Position numbers and translations under genes: made by a program
Notes under the pieces: generated by a model
The model's input: only the letters and a program-made list of their open reading frames with translations
Databases searched by the model: none
What the model was told of the DNA's origin: nothing
Origin: Octopus vulgaris
Lineage: Eukaryota
DNA length: 64,000 nt
NCBI GenBank assembly: GCA_951406725.2
Contig: OX597815.1
Span: forward strand, 50,654,001-50,718,000
Reading direction: 5' to 3'
Part shown: in pieces, positions 41,557 through 54,709 of the stretch
Position numbering within the stretch: the stretch's first letter is position 1
Layout of the letters: every line of letters starts with the position of its first letter

Positions 41557-41757
41557 ATGTTTCTAAATACCAGATGCCATATACCAGTTGCTATATGCAA
41601 GATGCTAAATGCTAGATTCTAGATATCAGATGCCAGATGTGAAATATTAGATATCAGGGACCAGTTATCTTATACCATAACACTGGATGCAGATAACATA
41701 TAACAGATACCAGATGCAATGTCATATACAAGATACAGGATGCCTAATACCAGATTT
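41557..41757. repeat. Degenerate 7-bp tandem repeat (ATRCCAG)
   Basis: ATACCAG ATGCCAT ATACCAG TTGCTAT ATGCAAG ATGCTAA ATGCTAG ATTCTAG ATATCAG ATGCCAG... Confidence 0.85.
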
Positions 41758-42279
41758 GGTTTTGTGCATCTTGAAATGAAATTCTGCCTCCTGCCACCAG
41801 CAAAATATCAGGCTCTTCAGGGCCAGACAAAATTTAGAGATGGGCTTACCCAAATATTTCAGCTGATCACTTTCCATATCTGCCTATTACATGGCAGGAA
41901 TGAAAATACACTCAAAGAAGAAATAAGACAATTCTGAAAGGAATGTGAAGACAAAATGCTTTACTTTTTAAATATTTGATACGATGTAGAAAATCCATAA
42001 ATATATTCCAGAATAAGCTACAATGCAGTATTTATTACAAACAAAAGCTGAGAACAACATCCCTAAGAAAATCATCAGATGTTTGAAAAGGTATTAAAAA
42101 AGGGATCATGAGGACTGTTTATTTTCCAAAATAATAAAAGTTTAAGAACCTCATTTTGTGGAGGAACTATCTCTACTAAATCTTTAAAATTTTGGTTAAT
42201 GGTTTGCAGTCTGCTGCAGGTATCAAGTTGTATACTATTGAGAAAGGTAATTAACTCTATCTTATACCTGAGAAAAATT

Positions 42280-43000
42280 TGCTTTAGGAGATTAAAAGAA
42301 TATTACTCAAAAGACAATTCACAGTAACTTTAAACAACAATGAAATAGCACATGCAAAAGTGATAGACACCCAAGAATTACAAAAAGGAAGAAACATCCC
42401 TGATTTACTCAATACTTTAATTTATATCACAACACACACTCCAAGAAGTATGGAAGCATACAATACTCACTTTTGATGAACAACTTACAAAGGTAAAAGG
42501 CACTCAAAATGCACAAAATAATTACAAATAAAAGACACCAGTCTTTAAAAAATTACTTGCTAGTGTCAAATTACAAAATTACAACTGCAATAATCCAAAA
42601 GTGTAATTGCTCTTATTGAGGAATCTACATCAACCTCATTGAGAGCTTGACATATGAATTTAAATCCAGACAACCATTTTCCATAATGTATCATTTCATT
42701 TGTGCATCAAGGAATTTAACTTATGTTGTCAAATACAAAGGGTATAAGGAAGACTGCATAGGACAAATGAGATTAACACTGAAACACAGAATGATGGTCC
42801 ACTGTCAAAAGATACAAGGCCTCAGTACAAGAAAAATATCTCTATGTAATCATGTGGGTCTTTGTCCAACAAGCAAATATCCTAAATACCAAATTTCCCC
42901 TTTGTATAAGTGTATCTGGAACATCACATTGCAGTTCCAATCAAATAAGGGAAATACGTTTATTAAGAAATATAAACCAAAACTAAATTATAACAACCCA
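42280..43000 (+). pseudogene. Penelope-like retroelement remnant: RT thumb/linker plus GIY-YIG endonuclease
   Basis: ORF 42647-43045 FICASRNLTYVVKYKGYKEDCIGQMRLTLKHRMMVH...FIKKYKPKLN fits the PLE pattern C.S.N.IY.I.C..C...YIGQT...L..R...H. Upstream IKRILLKRQF...LIYITTHTPR. Confidence 0.8.
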
Positions 43001-43055
43001 ATAGAATGCAAAAATACAGTATATTCAGCTCAACTAAACAACTAGACACAGCAAC

Positions 43056-43433
43056 AACAAGAGCACTCAGAGAGCGCAAACCTCTGCCAAAGCTACACCA
43101 ACGTCCTCTCAACGATTAGCCAGAGATGATTTTTAAAATGAGAATATCTGAAATAAACCCAACTGCTCTCAAAAACAAGAATACTAAAAATGAACCCAAC
43201 CGCTCTCAAAAATTAAGTAAAAAAAAAATTACAAAAAATAATCCAGAATCCTTGTCCATTACCAGATTGATCCCAAAATCTAAACAGTTCATGCCAGTTG
43301 GCCATCAAGCCAAACATCTCTAAAAGTTTCATCCAAATCCATCCAACAGTTCTTGAGATATCTTGCCCATGGACAAATAAACAAGTAAACATGACTGAAA
43401 ACAATACTTCCACCTTTGCTAAGGCAGCAGTAA
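43056..43433 (+). mobile_element. HINE/DINE-1-like element, copy 2
   Basis: Homologous end to end to 19580-19944. Confidence 0.7.
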
Positions 43434-44425
43434 TAATAGAAGTAAATCAAAAGCTGAAGTAACAGCCATCCTTTGGGAGGAGATCCTAGCTTCAAACCAT
43501 TGGTAATTCCAATTTTTGACACTGTTTGCTAACATCACCTCAGGATTGACCAATGTGGTTTGTTGGTTAAAACTAGATGCAGGGGAAAAAAGAAAAAAAC
43601 AAGTGGTGTTATTAAGCATTTAGTCACCTCAGAAAAACCAGCTGCCAAAACATACAGCAAACAAATTATGTTCCTCAGCAAACTGAATGCTAAGCCAAAG
43701 GCAAACCAATGCAAGTGAAATATTTGCGTAAATACCCAATCAGGACTTGAAGCTATACCTTAATACCAACTTGAATAAAGCAATGTCAGCTTGGAAAATA
43801 GTTCAATTTCATAATCAGACAAGTAAATCAAACAACAAACAATTCTAGCTCATACAACATTACAGAATTTGAATAACTTTTTTCTTATACTTTAAAAATC
43901 TTAATTATGTCTAATTGCTAACATAATTTATTGCTATGAAACTTATTGAACTTTTAAATTACTATCATGTATTATTGCCATGAAATTTATTGGACATTTG
44001 AACTTTCATAATCTTTTATTGAAACTTAATGACCATTCCAATTTTCATCATGATGGCTATGAAGTCTTTGAACATTTGATTTTTGAGCATATCTTATTAC
44101 TCCAAAACATTTTCATGAGCATTCTCTTTTAAATTTTCCTTTTATTATTTTTTTATATATTTTACTTACTATTGTAAAACAAAACAAAAAAATTTGAAAC
44201 CAGTATGGTACTTTTATAAATTAAAAATACCTATAAAATTAAAATTCCTAAATTTGCAATCCCAAAACTGTTTTCTTATATACATACATACATACATACA
44301 TACATACACTCACATATAGTGTATATGTGTGCTTGTGTGCATTTATATATATATATGTGTGTGCTTTTGTGCATTTATATATATATATATATTAATCAAA
44401 ATAAAAACATGATGCCAAGGATTTA

Positions 44426-44503
44426 GCGGTACATATGTTTCGGGCCTTTATTAGACGGTTTTATAACAATGCATAATGTGTGTCTATAGCCTTCTTCAGC
44501 CAC
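44426..44503 (-). ncRNA. Type I hammerhead ribozyme motif with palindromic stem III (canonical core)
   Basis: GUGG CUGAAGA AGGC-UA-UAGAC...GUCUA-AUAAAG-GCCC GAA ACAUAUGU A CCGC. GUA triplet. Lies in an island of about 260 bp (44392-44650) between TA microsatellites. Confidence 0.8.
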
Positions 44504-44790
44504 GTACTTCAAGGACTTCATTACTACTTCAAGGACATGTATTACATTATGAGTTTTACGTTGGGGATGCAAATCCTCATAGTTCTGTACGACAGAGTGG
44601 GGCACCAACACAAAATCGAAGCGTCCATCGCGTCTTTCATTCGATCTAGAATATATATATATATATATATAAATACATACATACATACATACATGCATGC
44701 ATACACACAACACACACACACACACACACACACATACATACATACATACATACATACATACATACATACATACATACATACATACATACA

Positions 44791-44822
<32 letters not shown>

Positions 44823-46961
44823 CATTTTTACATGTGCATATATGTATGTATATGATTTCATTCTTTAACAGTCTTGAGGCTGTTTCTAACATGTAGTATA
44901 CATGTAAATTGCTTCCCAGAATAATATGTTACATAAGATATCCATGTTAGATAAGTTATCCAACCTTCCCATTGTTAATTTTTACTCATTTAGGAATAAA
45001 TTACTAAGTAAGTTTGCACTACTCTGAAAGATATTCTGTCTGATATTCTGTCCCAAATAATGCAAACTACTTTTGTTAACATACAAGGATATGGGTTTGC
45101 TACAAAATTATAATAATCATTACACAATAATTAACTATGTTAGAATCATTTGAAATTAGTACCAAGCAGATCGAGTGAAATTATCAGCTAGGTGAAACAA
45201 AGATTGCTATTTAGCTTGTTGTCTCATCTCTATGTGTTTAAATCTTTCCTTGTTTGATTTTACATTCATCCTTCTGAAGTTGATGAAAGAAGTAGGAAAA
45301 TGATATACTGAGGATGATAATCATATGAGAGTTAATGTTTTCAGTAGGATTTGGTCAATGAGTAGTTGTTATAATCTACTTGAGTTTAAAATATCCATTT
45401 CCATCGTGGCCAGCACTTAGCATCTACTGACGTACAGAAACAAACTGATTGTTGAATGAATACAACATGCTGAGGCTACACCACAGTAAAAGAAACAGTT
45501 AACTATTTCATATCAGACAGTCTTCAGCAAGATTGAAACATGGCATATCTGGAGCTATGGTTCTGTGGATCATGCCAATCATTTAGCTAACCACTTAAGT
45601 GTTAAAGAACTACTCAACCAGGGTTCAACAATTGCAGTAGCAACAATATCTGAGATTGATTCTATTAAGTACACACTTCCTAAACATAAATTTGCTTTGT
45701 GCCTGCTTAAAAGAAATCTATATCAGCAACTATAAGCAAAACCATCTTTACATTGATTTCAGGATGGAAACTATCAACTTTGGCTATAAATAAAACTCAA
45801 ATATATTTATATACATATATACTAAGTTAAAAACACTGATTTATTTTGGATAACTGAAGTTAGTTAACATCAAATGAAACCAAAATGTTGTTTCTTTTTC
45901 AGGCACTAAGTTATCCAACATAAGTAAACTGAGATAGAATAGACCCTTAAAACAGAGAATGCCTCAATACAGCTGAGAAGTTATGTATGTGTGTGGGCAG
46001 ATTATCTCAGACGTATGAAAAATACTTGAATGTTTGTTATTTTTGGTTTTAGAAGAGGTCAACAGCTGACGAAGGAAATGGCAACCCAGTATTTATATTT
46101 GGTTATGTAGATTTTTTCAAAACTTGTTAGTTTTACCATTTGTCCAGAGTGGTTGTATTACTCATGCGTAGAGAGGATCTAGTATTGTGTATCAAATTCC
46201 AAAAGGTATGTGTAGTCCCTGGATTTTCCTTCATGTTATTTCAAAAGATCAAGCTGTCAAACGGTCACTGCAAGACATTTCAGGCATTTCTTTTGAAATA
46301 GGGTATGCAGACCTGGTGAAATGTGTTGAATTTGTGTAGAGACAAAGCCTCCTGTGTATGAAAGATAAGGAAGAAGTATTGAGAGGTGCCATTAGTGTAA
46401 AGGTAAACAAGTCATTGATGTAAAAATAAGAAGATTTCCAATTTATCAAGGAAACTGGGATATTTAATATGGACTTATCTCTGTTATCTGTTCTCTTGTT
46501 TCTTCACATTAAAACAAAACATGAAGTGATATCTTCTGAACACTAAGGCATGATCAATGGCAACAGACATCTGAGTGAAATATTTCATTATTTCATTATA
46601 TGCTGTGATATAACTGATATAAAATCTCAAGGATATAAATCTGTATTTTGATTGTTATTCACCATTGTAACCATTCTGTTTAATGTTGTAACTGGTCTTG
46701 AGAAAGCTAAGGATATTTTACTCACCTTCAGTAAAACTGCAGATAGAAGAGTTAATCATGAAGTACTATTTTCACAAACAGAAAAACACTTGCACACACA
46801 TGTAGATATGAGTGCACATGTCAATGCATGTGTGTATTTCAATTATTGGAGGGGTAACTGAATGTGATTTCTTTATTATGGTAATACTGATGTTCATAAT
46901 CAAATGTAGAGTCATGTCTTACAGTTGTATTAAAAATGAAAGGTCTGAACAAGTGGTTCAT

Positions 46962-47362
46962 AATCATCATCGTCCTTTAATGTCTGTTGTCTATGCAGGC
47001 ATAGATTGAACAGTTTGACCAGAGATGACAAGTCAGAGAACTCCATCAAGCTCTAGTCTGATTTGGCATGGTTTCTATGGCTGGATGCCTTTCCAAATGC
47101 CAACCACTTTACAGAGTATGCTGGGTGCTTTTATGTGGCATCACACAAGTGCTTTTACATGGCACCAATGTGTGCTATTCACATGTCACTGGCACAGGAT
47201 TCTTGCAAGGCAATCCAGGGGGAGTGGCCTTAACACTTCTGCTGTGGAGTATGGGTCTTCTTGAGTACAGCAAGGTGACAGGTATCTCAGTCCTTTGTCA
47301 TCTCATCTGAAAGGTTCAGCATCCTGAGGTTATCCTTCAGTACTTTGTCCCATATCTTCCTG
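46962..47362 (-). mobile_element. RTE-type 3' tail, degenerate
   Basis: Reverse-complement homology to 38810-39222. Confidence 0.7.
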
Positions 47363-47700
47363 GTTCTCAACCATTTTTTACTGATGGACCCCTTTGATTA
47401 CAATTCTGTTATGATGACACCCATTGCCATTCGATGGTTCAAAACTAATTTTATAGAGACCGCTTTGAAAATTCCCATTTTGTTATTCACACATTAACTT
47501 ATGTAAAACTTATGTAAAATATTTGAGAAAGAAATTTAGCTGTTTCTTGTAACAAATACATTTAAATCAAAACTTTTTCATGACCCTTTAATAAACTACT
47601 GTGGATCCCCAATACACTATTTTGTTTGTGTGACCCTCACCTCCAAATCATATATGGAATCCCCCAGCCCCCGGTGTCAAATGGACCCCAGTTTAAACCA
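47362..47700. mobile_element. Possible hAT-type MITE
   Basis: GGTTCTCAACC start, repeated TGGACCCC subterminal motifs and a degenerate GTTTAAACCA end. No TSD seen. Confidence 0.45.
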
Positions 47701-48984
47701 ACAATTGCTGTAGACTGAAACAGTTAAAATTCAGCAGGAGTGAATTTCTATACAGGCAGCTTAAAAAACACAAAAAAGAACAATACTCATTAATTAAACA
47801 TTGTTGTTGGCTTTATATCAGTGAAAAGTGTACCCTTGGTGCCTAATTTCAGGTCTGGTAAACAGAAATGAGAAATTAGTGTCACAAATAAAGACATAGG
47901 GCAAGCATCATAATGAGATGTGAATTTATAACCTGTAAACTCTAAGACTATGTCTTCAAGCATATTCCTATGTGTTTGTTTTTGTGTGTGTACATGAGAG
48001 CCTACACATGGCCATGTATGTATGCATCTGTCTGAATGAGTATAAGTGTGTGTGTTGTGTGTGTGTGTTTGTGTGTGTGTGTGTCTGTCTGTCTGTCTGT
48101 TTGCCTGTCTATCTGTCTGCATGATTATAAATATGTGTGGGAGAGTGTATCTGTATTTGTAAGTGTAAGTAGAAATGTTATTATATGAGCACATATCTGA
48201 TGTCTGTTTGAATATAAATATGTATGAGTATATGTACATGCCTGCATGAATGTATGTGTGTGTTCACGTGTGTGTGTGCATGTGTGTGTATGTATATATG
48301 TGTGTGTGTATATATATGTGTGTGTGTATATATATGTGTGTGTGTACATGGATATGTGTTTATGTATATATGTGTGTAATAGAAGACATATTTAATTAAC
48401 AACGCGTAAGGTGCTGTTATGTTAAACTGTCAAAAGTAAGATATATTACATCATCATAATTAGAACTTTAATTATTTTTTTCATATGGATATGGGTTGGA
48501 TAGGTCTGCAGTAGAATTTAAATGTTCATGCTTTTCTGTTGCATCGTACATGACACCCAACATTTCCAAACTTCTTCCTATATCTTCATTGATTTTCTTC
48601 TCCTTCTGATAATGTTTTCCACTGTCAGCATACAGAATGGTTCCATAATTTAGAGAAATTGCAACTAATTCAGAATCATTATAAAGTCCTCATGCAATTT
48701 TAAATTTTACAAATCTAGAATTGTACAAGAGTTTCATAATGACCTAATATGTTCAAAACACAGGTAGGTTAAAATGCATTCTTGAAATTAACACATTTTA
48801 GGTACATTAATTCAAAAATTGTCTTTTATAGCACTCTGTCCTAACTACTTTTGAGAGTATATATTCATATAATGAGAATATTAATGGTTTATAGGAATAG
48901 TATACTTGGAATACAGTCTAAGCAAGCCTGCAGATCAGTGGTGACATTTTAACATATAGAAAAAGTAAAAACGAAACAAGATAA

Positions 48985-49320
48985 AAGGTAAAGATCCCCT
49001 TTGATCCTGAATGACCTTGGGATTGTATCTAGAAAGTTACTCTCCAAGGCATGAGTCCAGGTAAGATTATTTATGGAAGATCAGAAATTGCCCATGCATA
49101 CCAGCCTCCCCTTTTCATCCCACCAATGTTATCCAAGAGAAAGGCAAAGGCTGATACAGCTTGGCACCAATGACATCACAACTCATTTTTACAGCTGAGT
49201 GAACTGAAGCAACATGAAATAAAGTGTCTTGCTCAAGAACACATCACACAGCCTGGTCTGGGAATCAAGCTCACTACCTCATGATTGCAAACCCAGTGCT
49301 CTAACCTCTGAGCCTTGCAT
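48985..49320 (-). mobile_element. SINE family C
   Basis: Reverse-complement homology to 3667-3985. Confidence 0.8.
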
Positions 49321-49562
49321 CTATGGAAAGAGACAGAGAGAGGAAGAAATGAAGATGGACAGAAATCAGCACAGCATCATTATCATTTAGCATCCATTTT
49401 TCCATGCTTATATGAGTCAGGTAGAATTTTGTTGAAGGTAGATTTTCTATGGCCAGATGCCCTTCATGTCATTAACCTTTACCTGTTCCCAAACAAGACA
49501 TGTTTCCCAGACAAGAAATGTCAACATAAGGGTATACACAGACACAGACACACACACACATA

Positions 49563-50703
49563 AAGGATGTGTAAGATATTTGAAGACAGATTTGTTTATT
49601 AAAAAACAGATGTATAATAACAGATAATAATATTTATCAAAAAAATGCTATTAGGATAAAAATAAGACTTCTTTTCTATAATGTTATTCAATAAAGTCAC
49701 CTTCAGCTCCAACAACTGCTTCTACATGAGATCTAAACCATCTACATGCTTGAAGTAAGTGATCCTGATTTCTTTTGGACATTACTCTGACTATGGCAGC
49801 TTTCAAAGAATCTTTGGTGTTATGGGCATGATCATTGACTTCTCTCTCAACAACACTCTACATGTTATAGTCCAATTGATTGAGATCTGGAGAATTAGGA
49901 GGCCAAATGTTAAGGGATATGTGATCATGAAAATTTTCAGCCATCCATTCCTGTGTTACTAGAGCCATGTGTGATAGTGCAGAGTTTTATTGAAACACAT
50001 ATGACCTTCCATTACATATACTGTCTATCGAGAGCTTAAGAATTATTTCCAGGATCTCAATGTAGGTGGCAGTGTTAATTCTAGGGCCTTGTGGAAAGAA
50101 GTAAGGAGACAACCCCTAAAACTATGACAGTTCAGGAACTTTTGCATGCATAACACTTGTAACTTCAGAAAGGTCTACAACATAACCATCTGTCATTTTC
50201 CCTGTTAAATTTTCGATCTTGGTCGAAGCTTTTCTTGTTTGAGAAAAAACCAAATCAAATCTTCTGCCAGATTTTTCAGTTTGTTTAAGAGCCTTTTAGA
50301 TCTGATGTAGTGATTTTCGCTTGCTTTTTTTACAATTAACCTCATGGACTTTCTGGGATTGTAATCAATGGACTGTTGAACTTGCTGGTTAAATTCAGGT
50401 GTTCTGATGATTTCAGAGTTTTTAGAATGCTTTTTATGCTTTGATACTGGCGATACATTTCCATCTTCAGTTTCTAGCTCCTTACAAACTTTGTAGATGA
50501 AAGATCTGGCAACTTTTAAAAGTCAAGATATTTCTAAATTGCTATGGTCATCCTTTATAACCACAATAACAGCATGCCACTTTATTTCTTGAGTAAGCCA
50601 AGGGTCAGCCACTATTATTTTCTGAAACAACGATTATTCAGAGTTAACTAAAAATGCAGCAATGACCCCAAAAAGTATGTCCTCAAATACCTTACACAAC
50701 CCG
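49563..50703 (-). mobile_element. maT (DD37D)-like Tc1/mariner element with decayed transposase
   Basis: Imperfect TIRs AAGGATGTGTAAGATATTTGAAGACA / TGTCCTCAAATACCTTACACAACCCG flanked by TA. - strand peptides ADPWLTQEIKWHAVIV...IIRTPEF, WPPNSPDLN.LDY and EAVVGAEGDFIE. Confidence 0.85.
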
Positions 50704-50711
50704 TATATATA

Positions 50712-50865
50712 AGTGCAGGTGTGACTACGTGGTAAGAAGCTTGCTTCCCAACCACATGGTTCTGGGTTCAGTCCCACTGTGTGTCACCTTAGGCAAATGT
50801 CTTCTACTATAGTCTCAGGCCAACCAAAGCCTTGTGAATGGATTTGGTAGACAGAAACTGAAAGA
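50712..50865 (+). mobile_element. SINE family A, 5' half
   Basis: GTGGTAAGAAGCTTGCTTCCCAACCACATGGTTCTGGGTTCAGTCCCACTG. Confidence 0.85.
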
Positions 50866-51059
50866 AACAAATTATATATATAAGATATATATGTGTGTGT
50901 GTGTGTGTGTATATGTATTTGTAAGTATGTATGCATATGTATGTATCTATGTGTGAGTGTCTGTATATACGCCCCACCATCTGCCAGCTCGCCACCCTAA
51001 TAATGATGATCATGATGATCATGATCATGACGATGATGGTGATAATGATAATGATAATC

Positions 51060-51258
51060 CTTTCCACTAAAGGTACAAGAACTGAAATTTTGTGGGAGGG
51101 GACTAGTCCCAGTGTTTCACTGGTACTTAATTTACTAACCCCAAAACGATGAAAGGCAAAATCAACCTCAGCAAAATTTGAACTCAGAAATGGAGCATTG
51201 GGCGAAATAATGCTAAGCATTTCAGCAGGCATGTTAACAATCCTGCCAGCTCACCGCC

Positions 51259-51260
<2 letters not shown>
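51060..51260 (-). mobile_element. SINE family B
   Basis: ...AAATTTGAACTCAGAA...CTGCCAGCTCACCGCCTT. Confidence 0.8.
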
Positions 51261-51333
<73 letters not shown>

Positions 51334-51479
51334 GTAATAATAGTAATAATAGTAATAATAGTAATAATAATAATAATAATAACAACAACAACAATAATAG
51401 TAATATAAGACAATGATAATAATAATACAAATCTGCACTCTGTTTAATGGTATGAACATCATTCTGAGCCAGTCATTGT

Positions 51480-51995
51480 AGGTAAAATATCACTATCCTG
51501 TGAGATTTTCCAGTCAACACCGACAGAATGATCCATGCTTATTAAAGATAGGGAAGAAAATATTTGTAGACTAATAGATATAAGTGTTCCCACTGATAAA
51601 AATATATTTGTAAAAGAATTTGACAAATTAAGTAAATATAAGGACCTGGAAATTGAAATAGAAACGATGTGGCAGCTTAAAGTTAGAATTGTTCCTGTTA
51701 TTGTAGGTATCCTAAGTATGATAAAAAAGAGATGTCAGAAAATCTAGATAAGATCCCTGGAGAACCATGTCTCAGAAAAATCCAAAAGATTGTGCTGACA
51801 AGTACTGCCCACATCCTGAGAAAAACCCTATCCATTTAAATGTATATGTTGTATTACATGAAGATATTTCACTACTGCCCTGCCACTTCTCCTCCTCATG
51901 CTTTCAGTCATATTGCAACATCTCTTATCCTTCACTTGCTCTCGGACACTGGGTGTGTCTCAGCAAGTGACTGTAACAAACATGCAGATTAAAAG
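51480..51995 (+). pseudogene. R4/Dong-like non-LTR retrotransposon 3' fragment (restriction-like endonuclease domain plus 3' UTR)
   Basis: IL*DFPVNTDR...KDREENICRLIDISVPTDKNIFVKEFDKLSKYKDLEIEIETMW...VPVIVG...IQKIVLTSTAHILRKTL, an RLE (PD..D...K..KY) region. Bounded by (TAA)n. Confidence 0.85.
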
Positions 51996-51997
51996 TA

Positions 51998-52061
<64 letters not shown>

Positions 52062-52062
<1 letters not shown>

Positions 52063-52362
52063 GGAAATAGAGGTAACTAGAATGTGGAATCTGAAAACAG
52101 AAACAATTCCTATCATAGTAGGTGCATTAGGCATGATAAAAAAATATTCAGACAAATACATAACAAAAACACCAGGACTTACAAACACATATAACATACA
52201 GAAAATTGCACTACTAGGCACTGCACACATCCTACGCAGAACACTTTCCATACAATAACCATCAGAGCATCACAACAAATCACAGCACATACCCAAGGCA
52301 CACAGAGCTGCGCTCGGTAGTGAAGTGAAAGCACGCTATAAAAATAAAAATAAAACTACTGA
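52062..52362 (+). mobile_element. R4/Dong-like LINE 3' fragment, second subfamily
   Basis: EIEVTRMWNLKTETIPIIVGALGMIKK...IQKIALLGTAHILRRTLSIQ*. (TAA)n on both sides. Confidence 0.85.
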
Positions 52363-54709
52363 ATAATAATAATAATAATGACAACAACAACAAACAGGGC
52401 TAATGAATAGAAATTTATTGTTCGTTCAAATAAATCTAAAATGAATAAAAGAGAGAGAGAGAGTATCTATTTGTTTAATCAATTAGTTTTTTTTTTATTA
52501 TTATTGTTTATATGCTTAATATTTGATCAAATATATATTTTATTAAATGTAAAATGTTTCAGAATTCTTACACATACAATCAATAATATTCGGAATGAAA
52601 TTATCATATATTCTGTTGAGAAACATCTTTACAACTCACACTGGTGTGGTGATAGTGATTTATTATTTTCTTTAGCTAAACTACCAGCCATCATTGACTG
52701 AACTCAACTAACTCTGAACATGTCATATCTATAAAACCAAGCAATAAAAATACACTTCTGAATCAATGACTCACAAGGAGTTGGGAATTACTGACCTAAG
52801 ATTGTCATATTTAGCATGTAACTCACAAGATGGAGGAGCCAACAGGTCCACTGTTGCCTTAAAAAAAAGGGAGAGAGAAAGAGAGAGAGAGCTCATCATT
52901 TTAAAATGTATGATAAATTTCAAGTGAAATGGCTTTATTTTGGAAATGTGTTTAATGGTGATGAATAAATAAAAGAATACCAAAAAATGTCTTCCTTAAT
53001 TACATGTTTGGCATAAATATGCAATAAAAATCAGTTCCAAGATCATCAAAAGAGTGTTTTTTTTAAACTTTTTCTATATAATATATATATATGGACATTC
53101 ATTATTTCTCCCTAATTCAGTGAATCATCATCATCATCATTATTATCGTTGTCGTCATCATTATCATCATCATTGCTGTTGTCGTCATCATCATCAGAAT
53201 TATCATCATCATTGTTGTTGTCACCATCATCATCACCATCACTGTCGTCATCATCGTCATTTCTATGTCTCCTTTTCCATTCAAACATGGGTTACATATA
53301 ACTTCTTACAACAGTATTCTGCAGTCTGTGATGCCATACTCAATGCCAATCCATACTTGTAAAAGAAGTGACATTATCCCATGATTTTGCATATCAAATA
53401 ACTTTCAAGCTGCCAGACATTTTGTCTGTGTGGGATATAAGGAATGTGTCAGTGTAAAAACATATGAATCCAAACACACATACACACATGCTGTACACAT
53501 ACATACATACATCTACACATGCACGGCGATGATTGCCTTGTTTTGTTGGATGAAAGCTGTCTCACATTCATCCTGATTCTTCTGATTTACTTTCATCCAT
53601 GCATATATGGGATATGACTTTACAAATCCATCACTGTAGAACTTTATAAATACAAAATGGATTAAGGCATAAAATAATAGCAAGACATCTGCATGTCCTT
53701 GGAGATGCCCTTCCTAACACTGCTCCACAGGGTGTACTGGATGCTTTTTATGCGACACCAGCACCAATATTTTTAACATGGTACACATGTATGTATATAT
53801 ATACAAAGTACAGACTTAAGTACAGTTTCCATCTACCAAGTATCATTCACAAGGTATTGGTTAATCTGACACTACAGTAGAAGACACTTACCCACAGTGT
53901 CAACCACAGCATCAAACTCAAAACCATATGGTGACAAAATCAGCTTCTTTACCACTTAACTATGCCTGCACCTGTTTTAATAGTTCTATTTAATCTGTTT
54001 TTGTACTGAGGATTTTATTTACCTTTTTAAATTTTATCTACTGTTCAGTGGTTAGAAAGCCAATCAGTTGCAAGACATTCATTCCCATTTCTCATGCAAA
54101 AAAAAAAAAAAATTAAGCATAATACTACAAGTGAACAAAATCTTCTTACATTGGTCAGTATGGTCTGTTTTCCAAAGCAGTAAACTATTTCTTTGACTTA
54201 CCCTCTTTACTTCTGAGTGTAGATAGACTGTTATGGAATCAGAAACACAGCAAGTTGTGTCATTAATGGGATATGAATTTTTAACCCTTCAAATGGTTGA
54301 CAAACACCCTAATGACTGGACAAGCTATATCTAATGGGATTCCATTTCAAAACAGAATATACAGTATCCCAGAGATAGTATTTTACTTTTTCATACTAAG
54401 GCTTTTTATAACCCAATATTTATAAGTTGTTCTTTATAATTCTATCTACTTCAAGCTCAAATGTTAAAAGTGAATTATTTTAGAGTATGTTGTGCTCATC
54501 AAGTATTGCATAAAATTTCGCTTGAATTTTTTTGACCAGACAAACACATCTGATGAAACTTCAAGCATATTTTAAAATTTGATCCCTTCAGCTTCTGAAA
54601 TTTTTACATCTTCTATTCTCAAAAACACAGCATCATGAAATTAAGTCAACTTTGCCTTCCATCCTTCTTGTGCTTATGTCAGAAATTATTTATTTATTAT
54701 TATTATCAT

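Noticed and set aside
45494-45532. CUGAAGA...GAAAUAGUUAACUGU on the - strand
   Set aside because: No stem I pairing and a poor stem II.
46060-46230. CTGACGAAGG as a hammerhead core
   Set aside because: No matching CCGAAA or stem III found. At most a decayed PLE-type terminus.
48480-48640. Open - strand frame YADSGKHYQKEKKINEDIGRSLEMLG as a host exon
   Set aside because: It resembles a decayed RTE 3' end and has no good splice sites.
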